Under the pieces are notes generated by a model. That model did not search any database. It was given only the letters and a program-made list of their open reading frames with translations, and was not told the DNA's origin. Both the position numbers and the translations under genes were made by a program. This document shows, piece by piece, positions 1 to 11,839 of a DNA stretch of 64,000 nucleotides. The first letter of the stretch is position 1, and each line of letters opens with the position of its first letter. Origin of the DNA: an uncultured Nitrospiraceae bacterium (GTDB lineage: Bacteria; Nitrospirota; Thermodesulfovibrionia; Thermodesulfovibrionales; Dissulfurispiraceae); contig CAVPIW010000006.1 in NCBI GenBank assembly GCA_963705105.1, forward strand, positions 1 through 64,000, written 5' to 3'.

Positions 1-470
1 CGTATGCCGCCTGGCGCCGGACGAGTCGTGTAAGAGGTTTCCCTGGTGCTGGCCGGCGGCAAAGGTTGGTTTTACGAGACGATCTTCGCTCGTGTGGCCG
101 AGCTGGACATAGAAGGCAGCGTGATCTTTCCAGGATTTGTGCCCGGCAATGAGTTGCCCTGGTGGTATCGGGCCGCGGAGTGTTTCGTGTACCCATCGTT
201 ATTCGAAGGTTTCGGGCTGCCCGTGCTGGAGGCGATGGCTGCGGCACGCCCACGATTACGTCCAGGGCGTCTTCGCTGCCGGAAGTGGCCGGGGATGCTG
301 CGCTCATGGTGGATCCGGAGGATGCCGGCGAGCTGTGCGAAGCGCTGGCTCGCGTCCTATCGGAGCCAGGGCTGGCCCGTGAGTTGCGCGCAGCCGGCCC
401 GCGCCAGGCAGCCCGGTTTTCCTGGATGCGCACCGGACCGAGACGGCTGCGGCCTATCGGGATGTGCTGA
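1..470 (+). CDS. Bacterial GT4 glycosyltransferase, C-terminal part (5'-truncated, frameshift near 245)
   Basis: Motifs LVLAGGKGW, FVYPSLFEGFGLPVLEAMA, then in the next frame GTPTITSRASSLPEVAGDAALMVDP...AARFSW. Confidence 0.85.
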
Positions 471-482
471 AGTTGTCCGGCC

Positions 483-488
483 AGGAGG
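483..488 (+). promoter_or_regulatory. Shine-Dalgarno site
   Basis: AGGAGG 7 nt upstream of the ATG at 496. Confidence 0.75.
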
Positions 489-495
489 ATGCGGC

Positions 496-1919
496 ATGAA
501 GTGGGACGTCCGGCGCTGGATGCCCTGGGTGACATTGATCACCGACGTGTTGCTGATCAATGTCGCCTTTGTGGTGGCATACTGGCTGCGCTACGATCTG
601 CAGCTCTTCCGGTCGGTGGACCCGGCGAATAACGTGCCGTACGGGGTTTACCTGCCGATGGTGGCGCTGCTCACCGTCGTGCTGTTGATGGCCAACCGGC
701 GCGAGGGCGCTTACGATGTGCGGCGCGGCCGACCATTGTTCGATGACGTTTACGGCGTGATCAACGCGACGACGACGACGATCATGCTGCTCATCGTGCT
801 GGTCTTCTTCTATCGGCGCCTTTTCTACTCGCGGATGATCTTCATCTACGCGGGTGTGGTGATCATCCTCCTGCTCGGCATCGCCAGGGTGATCCGCTCG
901 CTGGTGCTGGCGCGCCTGCGGCAGGAGGGCCAGGGTGTCGATCGCGTGTTGATTATCGGCGCGGGCGAAGTCGGCCGCACGGTCATGCGCAATCTGATCG
1001 CTCAACCCGACCTGGGCTACCGCGTCGTCGGCTTCCTGGACGATGATCCCGCCAAGAGCCTCGCCGATATCGGCCCCATCAAGGCGCTGGGCAGTCTGGA
1101 CAACCTCCCGCAGGCGATCCTGAGCACGATATCGCGCAGGTGATCATCACGTTGCCCTGGCAATATCACCGCAAGACCGTCCGGTTGGTGGCCGAAGCCG
1201 AGGGGCCGGCGTGCGGGCCAGGGTCGTGCCTGATCTGTTTCAACTCAGCCTGGGCGGCGCGGACGTCGAGGCGATCAACGGCATCCCATTGATCAGTGTG
1301 AAGGGCACCACGCTCACCGGTTTCAATCTGGCGCTCAAGCGACTTGTGGATCTTGCGCTGGCCGGCCTTGCGATCGTTCTGTTGTCGCCGATCTGGCTGC
1401 TGATCGCGATCCGCGATCGGCTGGATTCTCCGGGCAGGTATTCTTCCGCCAGCAACGGGTGGGGCGTGCCGGGAAGGTGTTCACGGTCTTTAAATTCCGT
1501 TCCATGTACGAGGATGCCGAGGCCCGGGTGACTAGTTGCGCGCCCATAACGAAGCGGACGGCCCGCTGTTCAAGATACGCGACGACCCACGCCGGACGCG
1601 CGTCGGGCAGATCATCCGCAAGACCAGCATGGACGAACTGCCCCAGTTGATCAACGTCATGCGGGGCGAGATGAGCGTGGTCGGGCCGCGGCCGGGGCTG
1701 CCGAGCGAGGTGGAGCAGTACCAGGCATGGCATCGCAAGCGGCTGGAAGTGCAGCCGGGCATCACCGGCCTGTGGCAGGTGAGCGGGCGCAGCAACCTGA
1801 CCTTCGATGAGATGGTCATGCTGGACATCTATTACGCTGAGAACTGGTCCTTGGGACTGGATCTGCGCATCATGCTGCGCACGGTGCCCCAGTTGATTTT
1901 CGGCGACGGCGCGTATTGA
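496..1919 (+). CDS. Bacterial polyprenyl glycosylphosphotransferase (WcaJ/WbaP-like sugar transferase), frameshifted near 1130, 1430 and 1530
   Basis: N-terminal TM helices, [11 protein letters not shown]ossmann-like segment, [47 protein letters not shown], ending GDGAY; spread over ORFs 46-1143, 1211-1531, 1459-1650 and 1536-1919. Confidence 0.92.
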
Positions 1920-2345
1920 TAAGGATATGGACTCGTCACGTACTTCGGGTTGTCTCTCGCAGTCGTAGATAGCTGCCGCCCTGCCTGTCCTCGAAAAAGC
2001 GCCACTGACCTGAGATGGCTCGAGCTCCTGGAAAAGGCGCTGAGGTGCGGAGCGAGTAGGCATGTGACTGTCTTCGAACGATGGCGCACACAACAGGAGC
2101 CTCTCGGCTTGCCGAGCATCGGCTTCCGCCCACCTGACGGACCGTAAGCACTACCCCAACCAAATGTGGCTCGTCGATGTTGCTCGGGTTGCTGAAAGGT
2201 ACACACAGCGGAGCGGTCGAGTTGCTCTGAGCTAAGTCCTGAACTCAGCCACGGATGTTCTGGGACTTGTCTTTTATGAGGTCACGTCGTAGAATCGATC
2301 TAGCCCCCTCGATTTGTGAGGCTCAATAACCTGGACAGAGTGTAG

Positions 2346-2846
2346 ATGTGCGCCATTAAGAACAAAACGTCTCAATCAGACCAAACAGATCGAGACTTAT
2401 CGGCATCCCACAGGCCAGAGTCTTTTGCGGCCCGATGTGGGGACTCAGCCGCGCTTCAAGAAGAAGCAAAAGCCGCGCCAGTATCGTTACGACTCTTCGT
2501 TGTCTCCCGAACTGGAGTGGGATGGCCACAACGGCGCCCGTGACCAGGCGGAGGAAGCGATCCGACAATTCGCGGCGTCTGCCAGGCGCCTGGGCGAGTT
2601 GGCCGCGATTGGAGGCTTCTCTCAGGTTGCAGCGGAGGTAGGGACAATTCCAGGCGCAGATTCGCGTACTCAAGTACGCCTGGGCCGCCTCTCCGGCCCG
2701 TTTCTCAACTGGGCGGGCAAGGCCGAGCGGCTGAGCTTCGACGTCCCCAGCCTTCCCCTGTTCGTGCACGAACGCCTCTCGGTACAAGGTATCCTGGAAA
2801 CCCTGCGCACGCACAAGAAGCAACTGGGATTCGATCTCTTCGGCGA
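2346..2846 (+). CDS. N-terminal fragment of a bacterial site-specific DNA methyltransferase (type III Mod-like), cut at the junction; start approximate
   Basis: RPDVGTQ..F.KK, YRYDSSLSPELEWDG and PFLNWAGKAERLSFDVPSLPLFVHERLS match the N-terminus I recall for this Mod family. No DPPY motif is present because the gene is cut after DLFG. Confidence 0.7.
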
Positions 2847-3313
2847 AGAACTCCGGGATGTCCGCCTCGGGGAAGTCGGGCCCGTTAATGAGGTAGACGG
2901 CGTTGGTGCCGCCAAAGTACCACGGCTTCCCGCCCAGCGTGAAATTGGTCCCGGCGGTCTTGACGAACTCGGAAGAGACGGGCTTGTTCTTCGACGGGTT
3001 GCAGGCGTAGGGGTTGTTGTTGTTGTTGGTCGAGGCGTCCATCTGGGACATCTGCATTTGTGAAGACTGCTGCTCGCTGCTGCTGCTGGGTCTGCGCCTC
3101 CATCGCCGTGGTCTGCGAGGGCATGGTCATCGAGGAGGAGGAGGAGAAGGAGGAAGACGATGAGGCGGCAGCATCCTCGGCTGTCGCGCCGCGGCCGGCG
3201 ACGAGCGCGGCAGCGGCGGCGACGAGCGCGGCAGCGGCGACGCGGCGGAGGAGAGAGGAGCGCTGCTTCTTGGCGGGCATCGATTCCACTGCAGGGGCGT
3301 GGACGCGAGCCAT
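2842..3313 (-). CDS. Eukaryotic GH5 endo-beta-mannanase-like protein, N-terminal part only
   Basis: Hydrophobic signal/anchor (VAAAALVAAAAALVAG), then EFVKTAGTNFTLGGKPWYFGGTNAVYL, a typical GH5 mannanase start. One frameshift near 3060; the sequence breaks into bacterial DNA at ~2845. Confidence 0.7.
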
Positions 3314-4291
3314 GATTGCTTTTGTCGTCTCGGAGAGAGAGACGCTGGGGTTGGTTTAGGTTGGGGGGTAGAAGAGGAGCCGGGTGAGGAAGGAGGAGTA
3401 GAAAGAAACAAGGGAGAAAGAGAGTCCTCGTCGCCTGGTCTGTGCTTGCGAAAAAGGGGGGGGGAATTCTTTTTTCCGAAGGCACGGGGTCTCTTGTTGG
3501 CCTCGTTTCCTAGGCAGAGCTCGTTCTCATACTGTTTTGACTCAGCGAGAACAAGGGGAAGAAAAGGAAAGGGGTCGAGCAAGAGAGCGGGGGACGGGAG
3601 CGAATGCGAGCATTTCGCTTTCGCCTGGAGCAGTTACATTGGCGCCTCGAGTCGAAATGCGTCCGTTTTCTTTCTTTCGCGCCACTTTATCACGTTCATT
3701 TTGTCCGGAGACGATAAGGGACATCACCAGCTAGCCTTGAGGGACAAAATGGCAAACAAAAGAAAACAAGAGAGGGAGGGACGAGGCCGCGACGGTTGCC
3801 TTTTTTTGCTTTCAATGGCGGCGGTCAATGTCGGCGCGGCGCTAGCCATTTCGCATTCTTGCTCTCGCGTGCAGGCCTCTTTCACCAGGACGACAGCGCG
3901 GCACGGCGAGACAGAGAGCGATATAGATAAGGAACGTGTGCAGTGTTCTCGCTTCAAGGCCAAGGAAGAAAACACACGACAAAGCACTCACCTCGGAGAA
4001 GAAAAAGAAGAAGGAAAGTTTTGGTTGAGGTCGAGTTTCCTCTTTCGACGAAGCAAAGCAGCGCTCGGGTGAAACCACAACGCGGGCCATCGAAACTCTC
4101 AGGGAGAGGTCGATAACCTTCTTCTCTTCCTCTGCTTCATCCTCCCCGTCCTGTGCTTCTCTCGTTCTCCTCCTCCTTGAGGAAGAGAGGCTCACATCTG
4201 TAGCTCCCCATAGTAATCACGCGCTCTCAAAAAAGTGCCGCGTAGGAGGCAGCCAGAAAGCTTTCGGAAAGCAACACGTCCCCTCGATCGA

Positions 4292-6540
4292 ATGACGAGC
4301 CGCCCTTCTTCTTCCCGCCAGGCCTCGGCCAAGGCCAAGGCTGCTGCTGTTACGGCTGCACGCTGCAGTTACTGCTCCGTTCGAATACGATGACGAGCTC
4401 ACGGAGTACGAGAGGGAGCGCCTGGCCAAGATTGAGGAGAACAAGCGCATCATGATGGAGCTGGGTGAGTGGATGTTTTTTTTCGTTCACTTCCGACCTC
4501 GCCGTTCGTCTTTGCTTGTTCCAAAAAAAACTCAACCTACCTTCCTTCTCTTCCCCCCCTACAACAACAACAACGACGACGACGACGACGACGACAACGA
4601 CAACGACAATGACAACAGACATCCACACGCACGCCGCCGCCCTCGCGCCAGAGCCCAAGAAGAAGGCCAACTCGGGCCCCTCCCGCCGAGGCGTCGGCGC
4701 CGCCACGGCCCGAGAGAAGAGGTCCGCCGCGCGCGACCCGGACGCGCCGCGCCGCACCTCGCTGCGCATCAAGGGCGAGCAGGCCGACGGCAAGTACATC
4801 GTCGAGGAGAGGCAGGGCAAGCTCATCACGACCGAGGGCGCGTTCGAAGGGGGAAGGGGCAGCGGGTGGAGGCCGCAGGAGGGGCGGGCGGCGGACGACG
4901 TCGTGAGGGCGAGGCACCCGCCGGGCCTGGTCGCGTTCGCGTCGCTGAACCAGGGGGACGACGCGAGGTATCTGAAGATGCTCCGCGAGGCCGCCGCAAG
5001 CGGTGCTGGAGGAGGAGGAGAGGCCGAGGGAAACAAAAAAGTCGACGAAGACGAAGACGCTCCGATCCTGAAGAAGAGGGCGTCGGCGGCGTCGGCGTCG
5101 GCGTCAGGACCAGCGGCAGCGACCTCTTCCTTTGTGTCGTCCCTTGCCGCCGCCGCCGCCGCCACGCCGGCCGCCGCCGCCGCCGCCGCCGCCTCGCCCT
5201 CGACAGCCACGGCCTTCGCCGCCTCGACGCTCGCCGAGCGGGACGTGGTGAAAGTCGTCCGCGACGGCTGCGTGCACCTGGCGTGGCACCCGGGGGGCGG
5301 CTCCGCGATCCTGGCCTCGGCGGACAAGAAGGGCGCGGTGTCGCTGTTTGACGCCGACTGGGCTTCTTCTTCGAGCTCCTCTTTTTCTCCTTCCTCCTCG
5401 GCGGCGGCAGGGGAAGACGCGGAAGCGGCGGACGAGGCCGGAGTTTTGGAGTTTGCCCCTCACCACTCGTACGTCTGCGGCCTCAAGTGGGCCGGTGGCG
5501 GCAGACTCTTCACGGCCTCCTACGACGGGAGCGTCCGCGTGCTCGACCCTTCGTTCGGCGCGCCGCCGCCTCCGGGCAATAGCAACCTCGGCACGGCCGG
5601 CGGCGACGTCGAGAAGAACACGCGCGCTGCCTCGGGAGGGGTCTTCGCCCCGGCCATCCTCCACACCGAGGCGGAATGGTCCGCCTTCGATTGCTCCGAC
5701 GACGGCCGGCTCGGGATCGTGGCCGACAAGGGCGGGGAGGCGCTCCTGTTCGACCCGAGGGCGGGGGCGGCGTCGGCGGTTTCGTCGGCCGCCGCTGCCG
5801 ATGCTGCCGCGAACGCGGCAGCATCGGCAGCCTCCGCGGCGGCTCCTCCTCCTCCCGCCACCACTGCCCCTCCCCCTCGCCCGACCTCGGCCCTGCCCAA
5901 GTGCGTCGTCGCGGCCTTCTCGCTGCACGAGAAGAAGATCAACACGCTCAGTATCGACTGCGCCGGGGGCGGCAACCTCTTTGCCGCGTCGGCGTCTGAC
6001 GGCTCGATCCGGATCTTCGACCTCCGGAAGTTGGTCGGCTCCGCTTCGACCTCGCCCTCTTCCGGCAAAATCAGATGCGACCTGGGTGCGGACTCTGGCA
6101 AGAGGGCCAAGGCCGCCAAGCCGGTCATGGAGGGCGGGCACGCCCAGTCGTGCCAGGGCGCCTTCTTCGCCCCTGACGGCTCCGGCCGCCTCGTCTCAAC
6201 CTCGCGCGACAACACCGTCAAGATCTGGTCGACGAAGATCAGCGGCGCGGACTCTGACGCCCTCGCTGCGCCCCTCGTCTCCATCCGCCACGACAACAAC
6301 ACGGGCCGCTGGATCACCCCCTTCCGCGCGGTCTTCACCCCGCGCGGCGACGGCGTGGTGGTGGGCGGCATGAGGCGCACGATCGACGTCTATTCTTCGG
6401 CCGACGGGAGGCAGCTCGCGGCGCTTCGCAGCGATTTCATGACGGCGATCGGGTCCCGCTGCGCGATGCACCCGGAGAGGGCCGTGCTGGCGGCGGCGAC
6501 GGCGAGCGGGAGGGCCAACGTGTGGAGGAACGAGAAGTGA
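4292..6540 (+). CDS. WDR76: WD40-repeat DNA damage-binding protein (WDR76/Cmr1 family); intron 4465-4618
   Basis: N-terminal ELTEYERERLAKIEENKRIMMEL, WD repeats (LAWHP, LFTASYDGSVR, SASDGSIRIFDLR) and C-terminal IRHDNNTGRWITPFRAVF; GT-AG intron. Confidence 0.82.
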
Positions 6541-6775
6541 TGGTTTTTCCCTTCTCCTGTTTCAAAAAAAAATGCAACAACGTCATCGTACAGAGCGCAG
6601 CCTTTACTTTTTGCTTTGAACCGGATCTCGCGAGGGAGAGACAAGGAAAGACAAGAGAGAGGGGGGAGAGAGAGTAGGGAACTTCAGGTGCGCCGTGGTT
6701 CAGGTGCGGACCTTTTTAGCAGGGAGTACGTTTGCAAAATAAAAGCGGAAAAACTCAGTGCTGCACTTTTTCCTC

Positions 6776-6878
<103 letters not shown>

Positions 6879-6888
6879 AGTCCTCATT

Positions 6889-8265
6889 TCAAATCTCAAC
6901 CGTGTGGTTGAGGATGACCCCGCCGGACAGGCCGGCGAGCACCCCGCGGAGGCCCTGGCCCCTCACAAACCCTTTCCCGTCCGTGCGGGCGCGGACAAAG
7001 GCCTTGAGCGGCGCCGGCAGCGAGAGCGCGTTGCCCCCGCCGCCGACGGCGACGCCGCCGAGGCCGCCTCCTCCGTTCCTCCCTCCTCCTTTTCCTCCGC
7101 CGCCGAGCTCCAGCGTTAGCATCGCGACGCGGTCAGCAGGAGAGAGGTGCACCGCGATCCTCGCGCCTCCTCCGCCGTCGGACTCGTCGCCGTCGCCGTC
7201 CGAGTCGCCGCGGGCGCGACGCCCGGCGCCGCCGACGAGCCCCTTGCCGCTCGTCGCGGGCGGCGCGAACGTCCTCAGCCACCCGGGCACGCGGGCCGTC
7301 TCCCTCGCGACCGCCAGGTACGGGGCGAACTTGTTGAAGTCAAAGGCCACGGCCCCCTTCCAGCGCCCTCCGGAGGAGGAGGAGGAGGAAGAAGAAGCGT
7401 CTCCCCCTCCCCTTCCGCCAAACTCGGCCTCGACCCCGGCCGCCGCGACCGCCGTCGCCGCGGTAAACGGCGAGATCACGAAGCCGCGCTCGCGCTCGAC
7501 GAGGTTGATCGCGGTCGAGTTGACCTGGTCCGCCTCATCGTTGAGCGTGTAGGTGCCCCATCCGACCGCGCGCCCGCCGAAGAGGCCGGCCTCGCCCTCG
7601 AGGCGCACATGGTTGCCCCTGCCGAACCACGTCGCGGAGCCGCCCAGCGCGCGTGAGTTTATCGAGTCGTCTCCTCCGGCCAGCGCGGAGAGCGCCTTGG
7701 AGGCCACGGCGCCGCTGACGATGCGCTTTTGCTTTTTCGGGCGCGAGACGCGGGCGATGGGGCTGGAATTGCCAAAGTCGAAGCCGACGAGGTAGGTGGT
7801 GGCGTCTGTGGTGTGGGTGTTTTTTGGGGAGGAAGGAAACGGGAAGAGGGTGAGTTCTTCTTTTTCATCGTCATCAATCGTCGGCGCTCCGTCGGCGCCT
7901 CTTTTTTTCCTCTGATCATCCTCATTTCCCTTACCGTCCGCGTTGCCCGCTTCTGCCGTCACGATCACGTCCGTGGGCTTGTCGGACCAGCCCTTGCTCG
8001 CCTTGATGTCGGCCCACGACGCGTCGGTCGCGGAGGCCGTCACCTTGAGGTGCGTGGGGCCCCTGGCGACGGCCGAGAGGTCGACGCGCCCGCCCAGAAC
8101 GTTCGGCTGGGGCGGTGAGACGCTGGGATCCTCGCCCAGGGCGGCCGCGTCGCGGCCCTTGAAGAAGAAGCCCCTGCCGGAGAGCGTGGCGGGACCGAAG
8201 AACCCTTCGATGACCCGGGGCTCGTAGCCGTGCGAGGGCGGCTCCACGTCGAAAAAGGGCGGCAT
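6889..8265 (-). CDS. Hypothetical Gly-rich protein, possible organellar outer-membrane beta-barrel; intron 7934-7806
   Basis: Long open frame with high GC3, an in-frame 129-nt GTAAG...CAG intron, amphipathic beta-strand-like segments and C-terminal GVILNHTVEI. Confidence 0.65.
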   Translation of the reverse strand: MPPFFDVEPPSHGYEPRVIEGFFGPATLSGRGFFFKGRDAAALGEDPSVSPPQPNVLGGRVDLSAVARGPTHLKVTASATDASWADIKASKGWSDKPTDVIVTAEAGNADGKGNEDDQRKKRGADGAPTIDDDEKEELTLFPFPSSPKNTHTTDATTYLVGFDFGNSSPIARVSRPKKQKRIVSGAVASKALSALAGGDDSINSRALGGSATWFGRGNHVRLEGEAGLFGGRAVGWGTYTLNDEADQVNSTAINLVERERGFVISPFTAATAVAAAGVEAEFGGRGGGDASSSSSSSSGGRWKGAVAFDFNKFAPYLAVARETARVPGWLRTFAPPATSGKGLVGGAGRRARGDSDGDGDESDGGGGARIAVHLSPADRVAMLTLELGGGGKGGGRNGGGGLGGVAVGGGGNALSLPAPLKAFVRARTDGKGFVRGQGLRGVLAGLSGGVILNHTVEI

Positions 8266-8626
8266 GATTGTTTTTTTTTTTCCCAATGCTTTTCGCCTCA
8301 ATCGAGGAGAGCAAAAGAGAGAGAAAAGTGACGTCGCATCTTTCTTTCGACCCTCTGCTTTTCTCTTTTCTCTCCCTCTCTCTCTCTTCTTCTCTCTCTC
8401 AAACTCATCCTCCGACCGGGCCTCTTCCTCGAATTATATCATCTATTTTTTTTTGGAAAAGGGCGCGTTCCTTACTATTATCCCAATCGAGAGGATTCAC
8501 ATACGATTAAAAAAGAAAAAAAGAGAAGAGAAAGAGCTCCCACAAACAAAAGCCTCGGCCCACCCTCGGTCTCGATCGCTCTTCCTCTCTTCCCGCTCCA
8601 CCTCTCTCTCTCTCTTCTCTCCTCTC

Positions 8627-10584
8627 TCAAGCCACCTGCGCCCCCTCGGGCACCTCGACCCGCAGCCTCGCCGCAAAGTCCTTGACCATGAACTTGAGCC
8701 CCTCCCGCAGCGGCACCGTGGGCTCCCAGCCGAGCGCGGCCTTGGCTTTCGAGATGTCGGGCTTGCGTCGCGACGGGTCGTCGGCAGTGTTCTCGCTGAA
8801 GACGATCTCGGCGCTGCGGGTTGACGACCTCCTTGACGACCTGCGCGAGCTCGAGCATGGTGAACTCGACCGGGTTGCCGATGTTGAAGGGGCCGGTCTC
8901 CTCGCCTGGTTTTGTGGCGGTGGCGGTTTTTTGTATTTTGTTTTGAAAAGAGTTGAGGTCGAAAGGAAAAAAAAAACAGTGAGTTTTCCCTCTTTATTCA
9001 AATAGTTTTGAATAAGAGGGACTTCCGCCGCCGAGACCTCGACACCCCCCGCGAGAGCATCTCCAGCAGCAGGAATGAAAAAACACACCCCCAGAAACCA
9101 CATGAACCTGAAAAAAAAACCCTCTCAAAAGACAAACAAAAAAACCAAAATATCTCTCTACCTTCCATCACGGCGACCATCCCGGCGACGAGATCGGAAA
9201 CGTACTGGAACGATCGCGTCTGCTGCCCGTCGCCGTAGACCGTCATCGGCTGGCCCGTCAGGGCCTGCGCCACGAAGTTGCGACACCACGCGCCCGTCGT
9301 CGAGCGCCATGCGCGGGCCGTAGGTGTTGAAGATGCGGCACGACGCGCGACGTCGAGCCCGTGCTCGCGGCGGTAGTCGAAGGTCAGGCACTCGGCGGCG
9401 CGCTTGCCCTCGTCGTAGCAGGAGCGCTCGCCGATCGGGTTGACGTTGCCCCAGTAGGACTCGGTCTGCGGGTGCTCGAGCGGGTCGCCGTAGACCTCGG
9501 AGGTGGAGGTGAGGAGGAAGCGGGCGCGGGTGCGCTGTGTTGGGGGTGAAGTTTTTTGAGGGGGGAGAAGAACAGAGAGCAAAAAGAGAAAAGTGAGTGA
9601 ACAGAAGAGGGAGAAGAAACAAATCGGGAACCCAATTCTGCACCTCTCGGAACCGCACGCGCGCACACGCTCAGATCCAAGAGCATAGCAGCAAAAGAGA
9701 AAGAGAAAGAGAGCGACAGGAGCTCCCCAGAAAGTCGAGGGAAACAAAAGAAAACAAAAAACTGCACCTTGGCCAGGCCCAGCATGTTCATCGTGCCGAG
9801 AAAGCTCGTCTTGATCGTCTTGATCGGGTTGTACTTGTAGTGCACGGGGCTGGCCGGGCAGGCCAGGTGGTAGACCTGGTCGACCTCGAGCAGGATCTTC
9901 TCGACGACGTCGTGGCGGATCAGCTCGAAGTTGGGCTTGTCGATCAAGTGCGCGATGTTGTCCTTGGAGCCCGTGAAGAAGTTGTCGAGGCAGATGACGT
10001 GGTCGCCGCGCTCGACCAGGTAGGTGCAGAGGTGGGAGCCGACAAAGCCCGCGCCGCCGGTGACGACGACGCGGTTGGACTCGACGCGGGGCTTGGTCTT
10101 GATGAGGGTGGAGTCGGGGCTCTTCTGTTTTGGTGGTGTTTTTTTGTTTTGGAGGGGAAGGAGGAGGAAAGAAGAAGAAGAGGTTGAGAAGAGAGGTCGA
10201 GGTTGAGAAAGAAGAAGAAAAAAGAAAGCGCGCCTCCTCCTCAACTGTCAGTCAAAGGCAAGCGAGTCTATATCTTTTCCTTTCGTTTTCCGCTTTCTTT
10301 CTGTGCGTTTGGATTCAAAAGTCGCAAGTGGAAAGCAAGCGTGTCGGTTTAAGCTAGGTCTAGGAGGAAGAAGAGGGCGCGAGCGACGTGCTTCGAAGGA
10401 GCTGTGGCGGCGGGAAGGATGAGAAGCGCGAGTGGAGTTCGATCGATCGACGACGGTCGGAGAAGCAAAAAAAGAGTTTTTTTTTCACTTTCTCTCCACA
10501 CGACGCGCGCGCTATTCCAGTCGGTGGTGGAAAAGCCACCACGGCTCGCGAGCCTGGCGATCATCCACTCACGGCTTCCAGCAT
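8627..10584 (-). CDS. UXS: UDP-glucuronate decarboxylase (UDP-xylose synthase), multi-exon
   Basis: [62 protein letters not shown] 12-nt first exon (MLEA, 10584-10573) splices in phase to KSPDSTLIK at 10124. Confidence 0.93.
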
Positions 10585-10912
10585 GGCGAACGAAACGTTT
10601 TAAAGGAGAAAGACAAAGAAGGAGAGAAAAGAGGAAGAGAGTTTGCTTCTCTCGCGATGGATTTTGTGTCGAATTCTTCTCTTCTCCTTCTCGACCTCTC
10701 ACGACCTCTTCTCTCTCTCTTATTTCAGTTTTTGGTATAGCAGTGTTTTGAACGTTTTCGTTCTTGTTACAGATCACAGCGGCGCTTCTTCCTGTCGATT
10801 GAATGAGTGAATGCGCGAGAGAGAGTGGTGAGCGGGGGCGGCGCGCGAGAGAGAAATTGAAGTGAGAGCGAGGGATAAAAGAAACGAAAAAGAAAAAGTG
10901 GAAAAACTTGGA

Positions 10913-11075
10913 AATCATCAGACAAATGCCTCGTTGCTTCGCTCTTCAGCACGGCGCCCATAGTGCGGGGAGGGTACGCCCGCCACGGCAGAACGCCGAT
11001 AAACGGCAGACCATCCCCCCCCGCGAGCAACTCCGGCCTCGGACTCGTCATCTATAGTTGTTGTCGTCATCTGAA
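10913..11075 (-). ncRNA. C/D box snoRNA, U15-like double guide (LSU Am2281 and Gm2288, yeast numbering)
   Basis: C box ATGACGA 11070-11064, D' CCGA 11042-11039, D CTGA 10921-10918, flanking GGAAAAAC/GTTTTTCC stem. Guides ACGAGGCATTTG and TAGATGACGAG are complementary to LSU CCAAAUGCCUCGUCAUCUA, and the D+5 rule lands on the two known methylated residues. Confidence 0.88.
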
Positions 11076-11327
11076 AACTGTTTTTCCTCTGTTTTGCTTT
11101 GTTTCGCTCGCTCGTCACGGTCTCGGGCTCGAGGTTTTTCGTTTTCTTTTTCGGACCACCGAGGAGCGCTTAACGTTTCTCATCTTCTTTCTTCGTCTTC
11201 GTCTTCATTTACTCTGCTTTTGCGAAACACAAGCGCAGCGCGTTTTGCTTGTCGAGGGGATCGGAATTTCTGGCTTGAGTACCTTTGTTCCCTCTTTGCC
11301 GAAGAACAAAAGAGGGACTCAAAGGAT

Positions 11328-11420
11328 TTAGGTCGGCACGGGGAAAAAGAATTTCCCGCGCCTTTATAAGCAATTTTCTAATCAGCTTCGATCAGAGGGG
11401 AAAGGCTCGTCATCTCCCAA
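11328..11420 (-). ncRNA. C/D box snoRNA candidate, likely targeting the LSU CAGCGGGGAAAGAAG region
   Basis: C ATGACGA 11413-11407, D' CTGA, C' CTGATTA, D CCGA 11336-11333, TTGGG/CCTAA stem. Guides CTTTCCCC and TTTCCCCG; the exact target is unclear because of homopolymers. Confidence 0.68.
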
Positions 11421-11688
11421 CGCGACAGGAGGGGAAATGTTTGTGCGGCTTGCGTGTGTCTAGAGAAGAAAAGAGAGAAGAAGAGAAGAAGGGAAGAAGA
11501 GGGGGGGGGTCTTCTTATCTCGCCACCGAACCTCAAAAAAAAACTCTCTCCCTCTCGTTTCTCACCGTTTGCTACTCTCCTACTCTTTCTCTTCGCGAGC
11601 GCTATGCTCGTGTGTCAAGCCACGGAGAGAGAAAAGAAGAAGAAAAAAGACCTGGCGTTTGTCAAAAAAAGAAATAGAGAACAAAGAA

Positions 11689-11839
11689 AAATGTCGTGAG
11701 CCAAAATTCGGCCGCAGTCAGGGAAAAGTAAAAAAAGTCTTTTCTCTTGCGGCCGACTCAACGGCGCCTTTGCTGTGCGCCCCCCCTTCCTGAAAAGGCC
11801 AGGCCACGCCCCCCCGCGGAGAAAGGAGCAAGGGCGCGC
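11689..11839 (-). ncRNA. H/ACA box snoRNA candidate
   Basis: Hairpin (GCGCCCTT...AAGGGGGGCGC), H box ACAGCA 11776-11771, second hairpin (TCGGCCGCA...TGCGGCCGA), then ACA-ttt 11694-11689. Sits alone in a host intron. Confidence 0.6.

Noticed and set aside
2346..2846. Complete restriction-modification or defence system
   Set aside because: Only the Mod N-terminus is present; no catalytic motif and no Res gene.
2356..3063. ORFs 2425-3063 (+) and 2356-3057 (-) as novel fusion proteins
   Set aside because: Each reads through the junction into the antisense strand of the other gene.
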